A DNA stretch of 64,000 nt from contig CM068749.1 in assembly GCA_035084275.1 (NCBI GenBank), forward strand, positions 17,670,001-17,734,000. Reading direction: 5' to 3'. Source of the DNA: Hydrolagus colliei (Eukaryota). Below the pieces are notes generated by a model that was given only the letters and a program-made list of their open reading frames with translations, did not search any database and was not told the DNA's origin. This document shows, piece by piece, positions 38,451 to 51,734 of this stretch (the first letter of the stretch is position 1; each line of letters opens with the position of its first letter). The position numbers and the translations under genes are program-made.

Positions 38451-41400
38451 CTAAATGTTTACCAAGAAGTTTACAAAGAGAATCACACACGCCTAACTTT
38501 TTTTTCCCCGTGTACTTTATTTTGTACCCTTATATAGGGTTTCACGTCTTTTGATGCCAAACCAAAATTTGATATGGGAAACTCCTAAAAAAAAGGTACA
38601 ATCCTAAAAATCTCAGTAAGACAAACAAAAAGCTTGCAGCAGGATACTCATTATATATTGGCAATCGTTTTCAAAGTAATGTTATTGGCAGCAAACATTA
38701 GTCAAAGGGATTGTTGATTGTTTTTTCTCAGCTAGAAGCTAAATTGAATATTGAGCCATGATTAATGTACTTGCATATTGTGTGTTTGGTACTTTGTCTG
38801 CAAATATTTTCAAAACGATTTTGAACAATGAACCCTATGGGATCTGCCTTTCTTTTGCGGGTTAACATTTAAGTACTGATAATCTGTTAAGTGCGAGTGC
38901 TGACCATGAACTTATGAGCAGAAGCGTATCAAGTGATATGAAACAATACAATGACCTCGGACAAATACTGTTGCGAATGGAAGGTTTTCTGCAGCAGAGA
39001 AGATAATGATATTTAAAGGATAGAGCCTGATTCTGTTATTCCTGTTAGCATCATCCCCCATTGCTGACATAAATAATCTTACAGGCCATTAATGCCATAT
39101 GAATTTATATTGATGAATATGTGAGCTATAATCCTTTTGGCATGTTTTCAAGCTACTGCTGGCATTTGGTACCAGAGTGCAGAGCAGTGGGAAGGGAATA
39201 GTAATAGAACCAGATGATAGTTAAATAGGACCTGAAATGAGTAAGTAGTTAAAGATCCCTCAAACACAGCGTATATTTTCTTCACAATCCACGCCATGTG
39301 TGGGGCACAGGCAAAGTAGTTTGGTTTGATTTTTGCCGGCTGCATATGGCCATGGCACAGCAGCTCCACGGCTATGTCTCCTCGATGGCAATCTCGTGCA
39401 TACCACTGTGTGTTACCAAAGAAACACTGAAATAATACTGCAGAGTTGGAGACATTTTGGACCTGCCCCCCCTCCACCCCCCACCGCCGCCAACTACAGC
39501 ACACTGATATCCTGCACGAGCAAATATGAATAACTATTTATTTCAATTAGTCCTCACAACGTGTGATTGAATACATTTAACTTACCCCAACAATTATAGG
39601 GTCCTTCCCCAAACATATATTAAAGGTACAGTAACAAGCAATTCCATCAAAACCACTCCATGAAATTTTCCAGATTCTCTGAACATCCTAGAAACTTAAA
39701 ATTTAAACATATCAATAAACATACAGTACTTGTACTATTCGACACAAGTTTAGATTATACTGTATTACATTGCGCCAATTATAATTTTAAAACACATTAC
39801 TTTCCAGAGCACTGAACCTTTACCACACTACAAATTAGCAAGCATATTACTTGAAGGCACTCATTCCTGCTATTGGATTGTAATATATTGTATGCAAATG
39901 AACATATTGCAAATAAACATAATCCAATATACAGTACTTCATATAAGTACCTCTTCCAAATTATAATATGTGCATTTTTATGATCATTTTCTGTATATCT
40001 GGTCACAGAAATCTACTTTTATACAATTAATGTTAAATTCACAGGTATACAATCAGCAATTCCAACAACTTGCATTTATATAGCAATTTAAATCACGCAT
40101 GAATTTACAAAAATAATTTACGTGGAAGCATTTCAAAACTTCCAACTCCTTGTATGTTCCTATGTGATTCCAGTTCAGCTTACACATACCAGTTTCTTTA
40201 AACTAATGAACCACAGGTTAGTGCTGGAATAAGTCTCTCACTTGTTAGCTTTTTCCTCAACCTTTAACAAGGCTTCAGCAACAAACTCAATTATTTGTTT
40301 ATACAAATATTTGCTTGCTGTTTTTGTCACAAACATGAGGGAAGTAAGCAGAAATAATCAATCTCCAACATTCTTAAAGCATTGTAGGCATAGAAATTTA
40401 GCTAGAAATTTTGCTGCATACAAGGCTTTTTGTCCTATACTCCCAAAGCTGCTAAAAAAAATCTCAGTCAGGATGTACCAGTTTCTCTAATTGATGTGAA
40501 CAATCACATCAACTGTTTTCCACTAGAAAGACAAGAATGGGGATCAAAATGCTTCAGCAACTCAAACACAGAGGAAGGTTACTCTCCTGGACTATCACTA
40601 TTATTGCTGGCAGCTCATGTTCTGGTAATAATGGTGTCATCTTTCAACGTCCTGTCTGATCAAACGTGGGTAGGGTTGGAGGAAGCCTGGTGTCAGCCTC
40701 TCCCATTCTACACCTCTTCTATGCACCTATAGTCAAAAGATGTCCAGGCCCTCAGCCACATCCACCAGTCTGAGCCAAGGTGTGAGTTTGGAGAGATGCA
40801 AGCCAACACTTACATACTAGATCTCAGGGAATTGCTACCAGTTTCATCCATTTGTCACATCCATGACATTCCACCTGCTGAAGGGGACTTCAAGGTATTG
40901 TACTATAAAAAAGGCATGATTCTGCAGTTCCCAATGATGGAATCATTAAATCTTTCAGTGCCTTTCAAAGCAATTATAGCTCCTGAACAGCACCTTCCAA
41001 TAGCTGCAAGTAAAGCACTTGTTATCTGATCAGACAAACTGGGCCAGGGTGGTTGGTCCACAACCCCAGAAATCCGCTTCCCATTCCACAAAAATACCAC
41101 CAAATTAGTTTCGCCAGGTAATGGAGTCTTTGTTCCGAATGTTCAGAAAGTACAAACACAGCGAAAGCAGCCTGCGAGAGAGATCTAGGGCATGCCCTTT
41201 CTGATGATGAATGGGAAATCATTTGTGAAGCAGCAAGCAAGGTGCCACATTGCTCAACCTGCACTAAATTGAAGAAGGGAAAATCAAGCGTAACCTACAG
41301 TTACCATACCCTGGTCCATCTGCACAAGTGAGACCTGAGGTGGATGATGCATTGAAGACGGGAGGATACATTCCTACACACTTTCTGAGCAACTTCCAAG

Positions 41401-41519
41401 AACCAACAATAGGTATTATTTAATATCAAAATGATCCCTAAGTACTCAATTGAAGCAGCCCAGTGCACTTCTCCTTGAGTTCCACCTGATGTCCAGGCTG
41501 ACAGGAAAGCTGTATTGTT

Positions 41520-41650
41520 AGAGATGTCGTCCTTCTTCAGAAGTTAAACTGATGTTCCATTTGTCTGTTCAGGGAGGATGTTCAAGATCCCGTGGCACCA
41601 TTGGAAAAAGGGACTTTGTCCTTGTGGCTTGATTCAGATGACTCCTGATT
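41520..41650 (+). mobile_element. Deu-domain SINE core
   Basis: GTTAAACTGATGTTCCATTTGTCTGTTCAGGGAGGATGTTCAAGATCCCGTGGCACC; parallels 58780-58850. Confidence 0.6.
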
Positions 41651-41654
41651 ATCC

Positions 41655-41916
41655 CTCGCACCCTCTTCCTCACTATGGGAGGTCACACTTTCAGCCACTA
41701 TGCCCCCCAAATTCTGGGGCACTCTCCCTCAATCCATCCTCCTTGCCCCTCTTTCCCTTTTTTCAAGTCCCTCCTGAATATCTTCCGACTTTGCTTTCGA
41801 CCACCTCCCTCTCGCCCCACCCCCACCCCGGCTCGAATTCAGGCTCCGCCACTGTTAAGCATTCTGAAATGCTACCTGGCTTTGAGGGCACTATTATAAG
41901 TGCAAGTTGTTGTTGT
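41655..41916 (+). mobile_element. L2 LINE 3' end
   Basis: Translates GGHTFSHYAPQILGHSP..FKSLLN; tail TGAGGGCACTATTATAAGTGCAAGTTGTTGTTG. Confidence 0.85.
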
Positions 41917-42184
41917 GAAAGGCACAACACAACTCATAAATACATTTTTTAAAAGCCCCAGTTCCTTAATATAATGCCACCCACAACAGTTCCCAGTAAA
42001 CAATTTGTTCTTTCTAGTGTTATGGGTGGATACTGTACACTGTTTGCTGCAAGTTATGTTCAAGATAATCAATGTGTGTGAAAGAAATTAACATATAGTT
42101 TAGCTGTTTAAGTATGTGAACTTTTATAAATGATTTTCTCTTTACCACATATTTCATTGTCTCAAACAACTATGTTTCTTGTAT

Positions 42185-42400
42185 AGGAATAGATGGCGCT
42201 GTGAGTTGAGATAGTGTCCATTCAGTTCTCAGACCAGTATTTAAATCTAACCCAGATGGCTCGGATGACGTATCCTCTTTCAATTCCAATGGCCATTAAG
42301 GAGTTTAAACAGGAGAAGTCTGGGAAGTATCCACCTTATTTTCCCAGTGGATTTCAATTCAGTGGGCAAAACTGACAACTCTCCACTATTGGGCCATTAT
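42185..42400 (+). mobile_element. LF-SINE-like 5' half
   Basis: GGAATAGATGGCGCTGTGAG...TTTAAATCTAACCCAGATGG...TTCCCAGTGGA; related in reverse to 59085-59300. Confidence 0.5.
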
Positions 42401-45339
42401 ATAACTGAATCAGATTTGAACTGGTCCAGCAAGAGCACAAAGTTTAGAAATATTGAACAGATTGGATACATTGAACTCAATCAGGTAGTTTCTTTTTGTC
42501 AAAGACAGTCTTTTTGTTTCAACAATGCTAGAGACTGTCAATTTATAGATGGGAGAGTTTCAGCACGGCAATCCACTTTAGGTAATTATTTCTGCAATAC
42601 AGCAATTGTTTCAAGAATAATCACATGGAAGGCAGAGAGACAATGACAGAGAGACAGCTGGAGGAGACAAAGAGAAACCAGAGGGAGAGAAATATATAAG
42701 AGTTAAGTAATGGGTGAGAGTGGTGGAAATCTGCAGAGAAACATTATGTTAACCTGGAATGGCACCAAATCGACACAGGACCATTTTACTGGCTGGTGTT
42801 CTGTTCGCCTTTGTTGTATATTTCCAAGGGGGAGAAGGGCAGGGCAGGTGTGTATGTACATGTACTGTAAATATGGTGCTGTTTTAGGAACCATTAGAAC
42901 GGGAACTCTGATGACCAATAAATTCTTCTGGCAAGGGTCTTAATGAGGCCATTATTATTGTAAACGTTACACTTATGGAACAATATTTTCAGAAAGTTGC
43001 GGCAGAGATATAGAGTATAAAGCAAAGTTCTCCATTGTGGCTCAATGGACATTTCTGTAATGTGCTGCAAGGGAAGCCAGAGGAATGCCAACAATGCAAA
43101 TAAATATCCATGTGTGGCAAAGAGGTGGCCTCCCAGGTGAATTCTGCTTCGGAGACCTTGGCGGTCTGAAAGAAATTCAACGACTAAGTAGCAGTGCTAA
43201 AGTCAACCTGATATATCTGTTTACCACCACATAGTGGCAAATTATTAATGATGAAGAGCATCCACAAGACAATGTGCTGTATTGTGATCATCATGCATTG
43301 CTGTTGTAACAATATTTACTTCAGTATTTTACTCATGTGAATATTGTCTTCTAGAAGTTTGTTTTTGCACCATAATAACACCAGATATATTGCACAAACC
43401 TGTTAGTGACTGAAAAAGGCTTGTCCTTTTCTGCACATAAAAAGTATTAACAAAAAGAGGCCCAGAATGAAATTGGTAATCGTCCCCAGACACATAGAGC
43501 TTATCCATCTCCTTAGGAGGATATCAACCATTTATTGTAAGTTATCTGTAGATTTCAGACAGCTTCTAATCTGTATTTTGAATGTTATTCTGGAAAATAA
43601 TATTCTTTGCAAATTACTCTGTTCAAATATTATCCATTGTAAGACACAGTAGCAATTCTCATTATGCAATGTGTACGAAGCTTGCTGGATTTGAAAATTA
43701 TGTGCCAAAATAAAGTCTTCTGAACAGAATCTATGTTTCTATGCTAGTCCACAAAAAAAGTGTGAAAAATAAAGCATTTAGTTAACGTAAGATAACTTAC
43801 GTTAATGAATTGTTTTAAATTCTCACTATCTGAATACTTTGCTGGCCCACTTCCCATGTTTATAATTCAAAGAACAATCCTTAGAACTTAATAATATCTG
43901 CCTTTATAGATCCATTATAAAAATGCATGCATCATCTATACAGATATCAGAAACACAGAATTCTTTCTTTTAATGGCTTAATTTCTCAGTCCAGAATTTC
44001 ACTGTTTTTCCTTTTTAGTGTAGTGGATAAGGGAAACTTGTGATGTAGCAATAGGTCCTGCAGACTGCAAGATTACAAGCTTGAATAAGGTCTGTTCTGA
44101 GTTGGATGATCTAAGGCGGGGCAGCAGTTGAAATAGTAAATTGGCCTCCATATCTCTGGTTGAGGGAATGAAAATATCAGCCAGGATTCCCACTCCAAAG
44201 ATCCTGGTGGAAAGTAAGAGTGTGTGGATATTGGGTGAGGATGTGAAGACGACACACAAATAAAAGCTATTTAGGCAACTTATCATCGAGCAATCAGTGA
44301 TTGTGAAACCCAAATAGAAAGAAAACAGAGGAAAATCTCTTTAAGGGGAGGCAGAAAGAAGGGATTGAGTTTGAAAAACATCATATGATGTGAGAAGTCA
44401 AGCAGATAAAACTTACATGCTAATGTGTATGCTGTGAACAATGTGCTTTTCTGACAAGAGAATTTTAACAATAGGGTGAATAAAATGCTGTGTAAATGGG
44501 TCACATATAGTTGATGGAATTGCCCAAACTATCAACTATCTGACTACTGTATTACTATCTCCGACCTAAAAAGAAAAGAACCCTACCTCCCTCTACAGGC
44601 AGATATAGCAGTGTCTTTAAATGGATAATCTCAACACAAACCAGTAAATAAGATCCAGCATTCTGCTGTAATGTACCTTAATTTAACTCTGTTCTTTTGC
44701 ACTTTAGCAATGAGACCTCACAATGAAATTCATGCACACTCTTCTTGCCAATTGCCTGCTGTAGTGTTCCTACTGTTTTTCTCACATATTCAGGACTTTG
44801 ATGTTGTCCCTTTTCCGTTTGTATCATCTATAGAGTGATTCCTTTCAATCTAATAAGCTGGTTATCTTGGGACTTGTTAAAAATTCATTAACAAAAAATA
44901 TCTCTGATAGTCTAAGCACCTTCTGGTGATTTTGTTTTACTACCACAGTCAACTTGCTGTTTAATTTTCATTTGAAATTCTTGCCCTATTTGTTGAAATC
45001 AAGAATGCATCTTTCGCACAGGTCAGCCGAGTAATCAATAAGGAATGTTCATCTCCTCTCAGTGTCAAATACCCACCATCGTGAATTAGCAATGACAAAA
45101 CAAGAGTCTCCTTAGTGCTATTTATAGTGATCTTTTATTGTTTATCCAATGTGTTCAACCATGGTGGTATCTTTACCATCGGCATTACATCTTCACCAGG
45201 TTTCTCATTTTTTTTAAAAACAGATGCACCTTCTGTGACAGATACTCTCAGCTCCATAATCTGTTGCCTTGGAACTGTGTAGAGGCAAGGCCTGCCAAAC
45301 AATTAGGGCTTTGGCTTAATGAATTAAGGTCCAGTCACA

Positions 45340-46240
45340 AGATTGTTTTGGATGAAGAAGGCCCATCCTTGGCCCATCCAATCTCATCATTGCAGACCCT
45401 TTCCACCCACCTCACCACCATCATTGGATCAAGTTGCTTTGTAAATGAGTCCAGTGCCCTGGCTTCAACCATTCTTCAATCTGGCAGTTATGCTCATTAC
45501 CCTCTGAGAAAAGAAAAACATCCAGGCATCTGTCCTGAAATTGCCTTTACAATTCCAAACTTGTGTGCTCTTGTTTTACTGGTTTTGAACATGCTAAAGT
45601 ACAACAACAACAACTTCTATTTATATAGCGCCCTCCACGACGGACAACATCTCAGAGCGCTTCACAGTAACGGATCCCGGGACCGAGCCAGGGGCAGGGG
45701 TAGAAAGGTGACCAAAGGCGCAGTCAAAGAAAAAAGTCTTTAGCTGTGATCTGAAACTGGGAAGAGAGGGGGCGAGGCGAAGGGAGTGAGGAAGGGAGTT
45801 CCAGAGCCTTGGGGCGTAGTGGCTGAAGGCACGGCCGCCAAGGGTGGAGCGGAGGATTCGGGGGACATGGAGGAGGCCAGACCCGATGGAGTGAAGGCAG
45901 CGGGTGCTGGTTTGGGGAGAGAGATCAGAGAGGTAGAAGGGTGCAGAGGAGTGGAAGGGTTTGAAAACAAGCATTGATCTGGGTTTACTTTTCAATTCCA
46001 TTTAACATTCTCAAGACTGAAGAGCCCTAGCATTGTCTCACCTTTGCTCAAACACTCCTCATTCCTCTAACATTGGGGATCATCCTCATTGCTCCTTCTC
46101 CAGGAATTCACGTCTGGGTCTACAACTCCAAGTCATTCATGAGCCACGCATGCTAGTCAACCTTCAATAATATCTTGCACTATTTTGCTTACATCTCTCA
46201 CAAAGTGTTGTTTAGAGATGGCATAGATAAGAGTAAAGTG
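45340..46240 (-). mobile_element. CR1 LINE 3' portion split by a younger L2
   Basis: Minus strand KTRAHKF (CR1 RTRGH motif) and 3' GATGGGCCAAGGATGGGCCTTCTTC. CR1 sequence resumes after 45975. Confidence 0.7.
45601..45972 (-). mobile_element. Young L2 LINE 3' end
   Basis: ORF 45621-46001 reads SAPFYLSDL..LLHVPRILRSTLGGRAFSHYAPRLWNSLPHSLRLAPSLPSFRSQLKTFFFD. CpGs retained; (CAA)n tail. Confidence 0.95.
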
Positions 46241-46300
46241 CTGAGAGGACCCACCACTATTGAAACCTAGAATCTTCCGGTCCCAAATCTGTTGCTCAAT

Positions 46301-46606
46301 TATTATTATAATAATAATCCTTGCATTTGATAATGTGCTTTTCACGTCTTCTAAATGTCTCAAAGCACTTCACAGAACATACTGTAAAGTGAATTGATTG
46401 CATATATGTGGGCAAAACGCGGCAGCCAGTTGCACACAGAAGTGGCCCATAAACAGTCCTGAATTGAAATCACCAATTTACTATTGAGGGATTATTATTA
46501 GGTGTGTGGAGTAAGGAAACTTGCCCAAGGTTTTGCCCTGCCTGGAATTGAATCCAGGTCTCTTGCTTGTAAGGCAAGTACTCTAACCACTGAGGTACAG
46601 GACTCC
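46301..46606 (-). mobile_element. Full-length (~305 bp) tRNA-headed Deu-type SINE
   Basis: tRNA-like head with A/B boxes and a TAC anticodon-like loop, linker, Deu-like body, L2-like tail, (TAA)n end. Confidence 0.92.
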
Positions 46607-46682
46607 ACTGTATTAATGTTAATTAATGTTACTGTATTAATGTTAATTAATGTTACTGTATTAATGTCAATTAATATTACTG
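46607..46682. repeat. 24-bp tandem repeat, about 3 copies (ACTGTATTAATGTTAATTAATGTT)
   Basis: Visible directly; gives TVLMLINV repeats in the ORF track. Confidence 0.9.
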
Positions 46683-48079
46683 CAAAATCGCTTTGTTCAA
46701 CAAATGTCAAATCTTGATTGTGGGTCTTAAAAGCCACATCAAGAAAAAAAAATCACGGTTCTGTTATTGACAGATGGTTAAGAAGTTTGTACAGTATAAC
46801 TGAACTTGTTGATGAATCAGTTTGTCTTTGGATATGTTGTATCCAACAAGAGATATGACACTGTATCCTTACCATTCATTCTGATTGATTTTGCCCAGGT
46901 TTTGTTATGAAAACCCAAGTCTCATTCAGTGGAGTGAAAACCAAAAATTACCAGCTTGAACCACTTACTGAATTTGTTCCCCCATTGTGCTCCCTCCCCT
47001 GTGTGTCTTAGAAAGGGTCATTTGCTGAATTATTACCCGTCCCATTATGTAATGACCTTAACACATCATTAACCCAAGGTGACTTGCTTACTAATTGTAC
47101 CTTCTTCACTAAAGTATCTACCCTACTACTTTGTAATGCTGCACAAAATGCAACAATTACCTGCACCACTGGGCCAACAAGCCAGATTCTGAAAGTTGAT
47201 GTGCAGCTCAAAATAAGACAATAACTAGAGATTTTAATTCAGATCAATCAAGTTTGTGCAATCCACACCCCATTCATTTTAACTGAATGCCAAGTGATCT
47301 TAAATTTATTGTGCTTCAATGTGTATTTTGAAGCTCCACTTGAACCTTATCATTGAGCAAAACATACAACAAGATTTGATTTTTGACTGGCAGCCAATCC
47401 AATCCAAATTAAAAACTCGGATGTATTTCAACAAAAGTGTTTAATCTAATTATGTTCTGCATTTTTGGTGAGCTATCGATGTCATTTTGTTATTTATATT
47501 TTCAAGCCGTCACTTCCCTTCTTCAGCAAAATCCTAACTATTTGTGCTATGCTTCAAAGCTGAAATAGCCTTGATCAGACTCACAACAATTTACTGTGAG
47601 GTTGCTATGATAGCAACAAAGTCTCTTGATGTGAAAGACAAATTCATACTAAATTAATACAGAATATTGAACATTACTCATATATATTGCCATTTTCTTA
47701 ACTTTCAACCATTGTTGGTCAGCATTCAAATTGAATTTTTTTTCTGAGTACAGTTTAATTACTCTGTATGTGATTTGTCAAATGAACCTCCTTTTAAAAT
47801 ATTATAATTGTATTGTAACATTATAAATCCAGCAGTCAATTTGCACACAGCAATGGCTCATGAACAGCCACCTTCAGTCATCCTCCAGCTCATGTGCAAA
47901 CCCTCAACTGTCCAGCAACTTGGGATGTCCTCCCAATGGGAAAATCTGTCATACAAAAGCAATTTTTTTTGCTGTTGTAAATAAATAGGTTTTGTTTGAC
48001 TGTACCTGGATAACAACAATCATTCATCTTGTTTCCCAATTGTGACTGGGAGAAGGTAATTAGGTAATGGAATTATATT

Positions 48080-48096
48080 ACCACTAGATGGCCTCA
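48080..48096 (+). promoter_or_regulatory. CTCF core motif
   Basis: ACCACTAGATGGCCTCA. Confidence 0.55.
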
Positions 48097-49194
48097 TGTT
48101 TCCTAGTAAAAGGCCTCTTTCAAAAGGAATGTTTCAAGAAGGAAAATTGTACAGGTAGAACTTCACAAGAAGCGATTCACATCTAAAGGAAACCACCGTA
48201 TGTCAGTTCTATGATAAATTCACTAGATTGTTTTGCATAGGTTAACACAGGAAGTTTACTGGTTTCTATAGGAAATGTTGTGGTTTCTGTTATTAGTAAA
48301 AAGGCAGAGTGGTTTCCGAACCACCTATCTCGCGGGGTTCTGAAGCGCTGTACTTGAAGATTGTAGATGCTTGTTCTTTACAACTAATATATTTTTTTGT
48401 AGCATAATTCTTTTGTGAATACCTGTACTTGAAAAGTAACCTATGATTGTGCTAGACAGCAATAAAGGCAACCGTAAGAACAACTCACATTCATATAGTG
48501 TCCTTCAATGCAGGGTAGCATCTCTGAGTGATGAATAGTGCTACTGAAAGAATGAACAGTTGTATTCTTATGAGAAAAAACTTATTTTTTTAAAAACTGT
48601 TATTTTTGCTTATTTTAATATCTTTGTCTGGTGTTGTGTGTGTTTAAATTAAAATATTTTACATTCCATTGACCGATAAATCCACAATAATGAGTAATCA
48701 AAAGATTCTACACTATAAATCTCTCTGAACTTGTTCCATAACTTTCTCAAGTATTTATGTTAGTCTTAATCATTAATGGGGTTAAATTTTCAATATTCAC
48801 ATACTGTACTGAGCTGGTTGCATTAAATCTAACCACTGTTTTGCAAAATTTGTGTCGCAATTCATATCCGGTAAATTTTAACTGCAAAAATGATGAACAA
48901 ACAAGATGACCCTTTTCCATCAGTCTTTTGCCTGCCAATGTTTTCAGTGCAGTGAATCAGGTGTTCAAATATCGTAAATAAAACCCCAAAATCAAATTTG
49001 ATAAATTGAAGGTTTAATGTATTGGTTTAAGTAAAATATGAAAGAAGCTAATCTCTACTTTTCTGCCATTATTTTTCATTTCAATATTTTATGGGTAAAG
49101 TAATTGGGACTATTACAATTAAAAAGCTAAAATAATTCTAATATTGGGACCGAAGTCATGACAATTTTAAACAATTGAACAATTGTTTCTAGTA

Positions 49195-49450
49195 GTCTTT
49201 CGGCCTCTCTGCTCCCACACTCTGGAACTCCATCCCACAGTCCCTTCACCTCATTACCTCCCTTGAAGGCCGGTCTCAAGACCCTCCTCTTCGATCGTGC
49301 TTTCTGCTGCCATCCCAACTCTCTCCCTCTCTCCCACCCTACCCCTCCACTGTGCTCGGGTTCCCCGACTGTTCAACGCCTTGGGACATCCTCCAAAACC
49401 TGAAAGGTGCTCTATAAATGTAATTTTGTTGTTGTTTGTTGTTGTTATTG
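49195..49450 (+). mobile_element. L2 LINE 3' end
   Basis: APTLWNSIPQSL..KAGLKTLLFDRAF, near-identical in layout to 3278-3506; (TTG)n tail. Confidence 0.9.
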
Positions 49451-49573
49451 CAGTAATAAGCTTTGAACCAGTGTTTGAATGCATTACTAAAAGTGCTATA
49501 AATCATATAATGCTTCCAGGAAAAAAAGCTTTGATTTTAATACCATAATGTTTGAGGTGACCACATTTCAGTC

Positions 49574-49640
49574 AACAACAACAACAACTTTGATTTATAT
49601 AGTGCCCTTCAAGCTGGATGGCGTCTCAGAGCGCTTTAAA
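49574..49640 (-). mobile_element. Tail-only L2 insertion
   Basis: Reverse complement TAAAGCGCTCTGAGACGCCATCCAGCTTGAAGGGCACTATATAAATCAAAG(TTG)n. Confidence 0.85.
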
Positions 49641-49794
49641 ATATCCAGTGGTATTTAAGCAACAGTTTAAAAACATCCTACATTTTTTGTGAAGTGTGTG
49701 TAGCTTTACCACCATGCCAATGCAATTGTCACTCTCAGGTTGTAACAGCCCATATTGTTCAATCTAAATCTTGTTATTGCAATTTTTCAATTTG

Positions 49795-50045
49795 GTGGCT
49801 CGTGCGCTGCTGGTAGTGAGAGGTCAAGAGTAAATCCGGCTGTCATACAGTTTGATGGATGGCCATACAATAAAAAATAAATGGGTACAAGACCACAAAA
49901 GGTGTTTAAATAGAAGAAATGTTTAGCCAGTAGCGAGTTATTAGAAATATCTCCCCAGGGGAACTCGTAATGAAGGTACAAGTACATTATACTCAGCCTC
50001 GCCGGCTGTGATATTTATCATATCTTCCTGCTGCTCATAATACAG
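49795..50045. promoter_or_regulatory. Candidate developmental enhancer (Meis + Pbx/Hox + EBF motifs)
   Basis: CTGTCA at 49840-45, TGATGGATGG at 49853-62, CAATAAAA at 49868, TCCCCAGGGGA at 49952-62 and AGGTCA at 49821. Non-repetitive with retained CpGs. Confidence 0.45.
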
Positions 50046-51059
50046 TATGTCATTTCATATTAAAGTACAATGCTAAATAAAGTTATGGCCTCACAAATGT
50101 TGATATGAAAAAAACATAGTTACAGGTGGGATGTTTTTTTGTGCTGAAATCTGGTCTCTACCCCAGTCCAAAATGTGTCAAATTACAAAACATCCCCAAG
50201 CATAACGTTTAACATTTTAACCTAGACACCCAAGGTGCATAGTTTAAAGCTACCCTTTCACTTGTGTCTCTGCTTTTCACATTCTGACCAGATGTTTATG
50301 TTTCAACTGCATTACAAGTTCTTAAGAGCCAGGAATGAAATCCTTAATTGCAAAATCTGCATATATTTGTGTGGTGATGTTTGTGTATAAGCACTAGGAG
50401 AGAACTTCATCTATTGGGGGAAAACATTGCCATTGCAAATAAGCTTAAAATTCCCATTTTAAAAAATGGTGTTTCACTATTATTTGAAATATGCAAATAG
50501 TGATTTGCATTAATTCTACATTAACAGTAATGATTTTAACAAAAATATATTGAGGTGTTGTAGCTTTAAGTGGAGTACATTTTATAACAGGAATTATAGT
50601 AGAAATGTCAATTACATTGATTTTTACCATACTACTTTACAGTTACTGTTTGTATAGTCAATCAGACTAGCAATCGAGGAGCCCTGTGTGGGAGTTGCAG
50701 TATAATTTATTGATCTCAAAAACTGCATTGATTCAGGTAAAGATGAACACATTTGTGCAGTGCTTATGAAGTTCAGAATAAATTATTTTTTTAACAAAAG
50801 CTTTTAATACAATTGGTTCCATCAAAAGGTATATAATTTTAAGAACAAATTAGTTTACAAGAACTCATTTAAACGACTTCTTAAATGACTGTGACTTTTA
50901 ACCCTAAAAAGTCTCAGTTTCCCACCCATGCAAAATGATTTGATAATGTGATAAGGAGTTACATCAAATGCAAAGATAATTATTCAGGTTAATCTTTGAA
51001 GCTTCAAATTACAAAATCCTTCTAATTCCTAAATCATGTTGCAGCTAGAAATTAATTTG

Positions 51060-51190
51060 CGATAGTGCCTTATTATGTTGCCAAAATGTTTCAAAGTGCT
51101 TCACAGGATTCAACTGTGAAAATGTAGGCAAACACAGCAGCCAATCTGCACAAAGCAATGTCATGCAAAACCATGAAGTGAAATATTTTG
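51060..51190 (-). mobile_element. Old Deu-SINE tail and body
   Basis: TTTCAAAGTGCTTCACAG...CAGCAGCCAATCTGCACAAAGCAATGTC. Confidence 0.6.
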
Positions 51191-51734
51191 TGAAGTTAAG
51201 AACTGCCGCCAATACATATTTAGAAAATAATTATTTTCAGTTCATAGACCTACAAAATTTGAGGAACAATAAAGATCAAATATATGTTTGTAGTTCCATG
51301 TAAGCATGATCTCCCAAGATTTTGATAGCTCCCAGTTCATTTTCTTCATGGTATAAATAAGCAAAAAATGTACATCTGTAGTGCAAGTAGTCCAATTCTT
51401 TGTACTCAATGCAAACATATAACAACCATCAGTTGATGGGCTAGTGGAATATTAGTCATGGGTTGCAAAAAGAATATTAATGATCAATTGGCTAGAGCAA
51501 GAAGACAATTAATAGAGCAAACAATGGGTGTTGACAGGTAATTAAAACAATACGGTTTCAAGTAATATCAGAAATTATGAATTTTCATACATACACATAC
51601 TGTATATAATGCAAACCAAAGAGGATACAGATTAGGAATCTGGGATATTATACATTTTCCATTATAGTGGCTCAGTTCACTAATTAGAGCAAATTCAAAC
51701 TCCACCATTCACTTGTACCACCTGTACCAAACTC

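Noticed and set aside
43782-43805. 10-bp hairpin TTAACGTAAG/CTTACGTTAA
   Set aside because: Short and AT-rich; compatible with chance.
45138-45743. 201-aa plus-strand ORF
   Set aside because: It runs antisense through CR1 and L2 fragments; a chance frame.
46607-46682. CRISPR-like or other prokaryotic array
   Set aside because: Head-to-tail minisatellite without spacers; nothing in the window is prokaryote-like.
47485-47531. Minus-strand CTGAAGA...GAAA with TTTTG/CAAAA flanks
   Set aside because: Weak stem II and no correctly placed NUH triplet.
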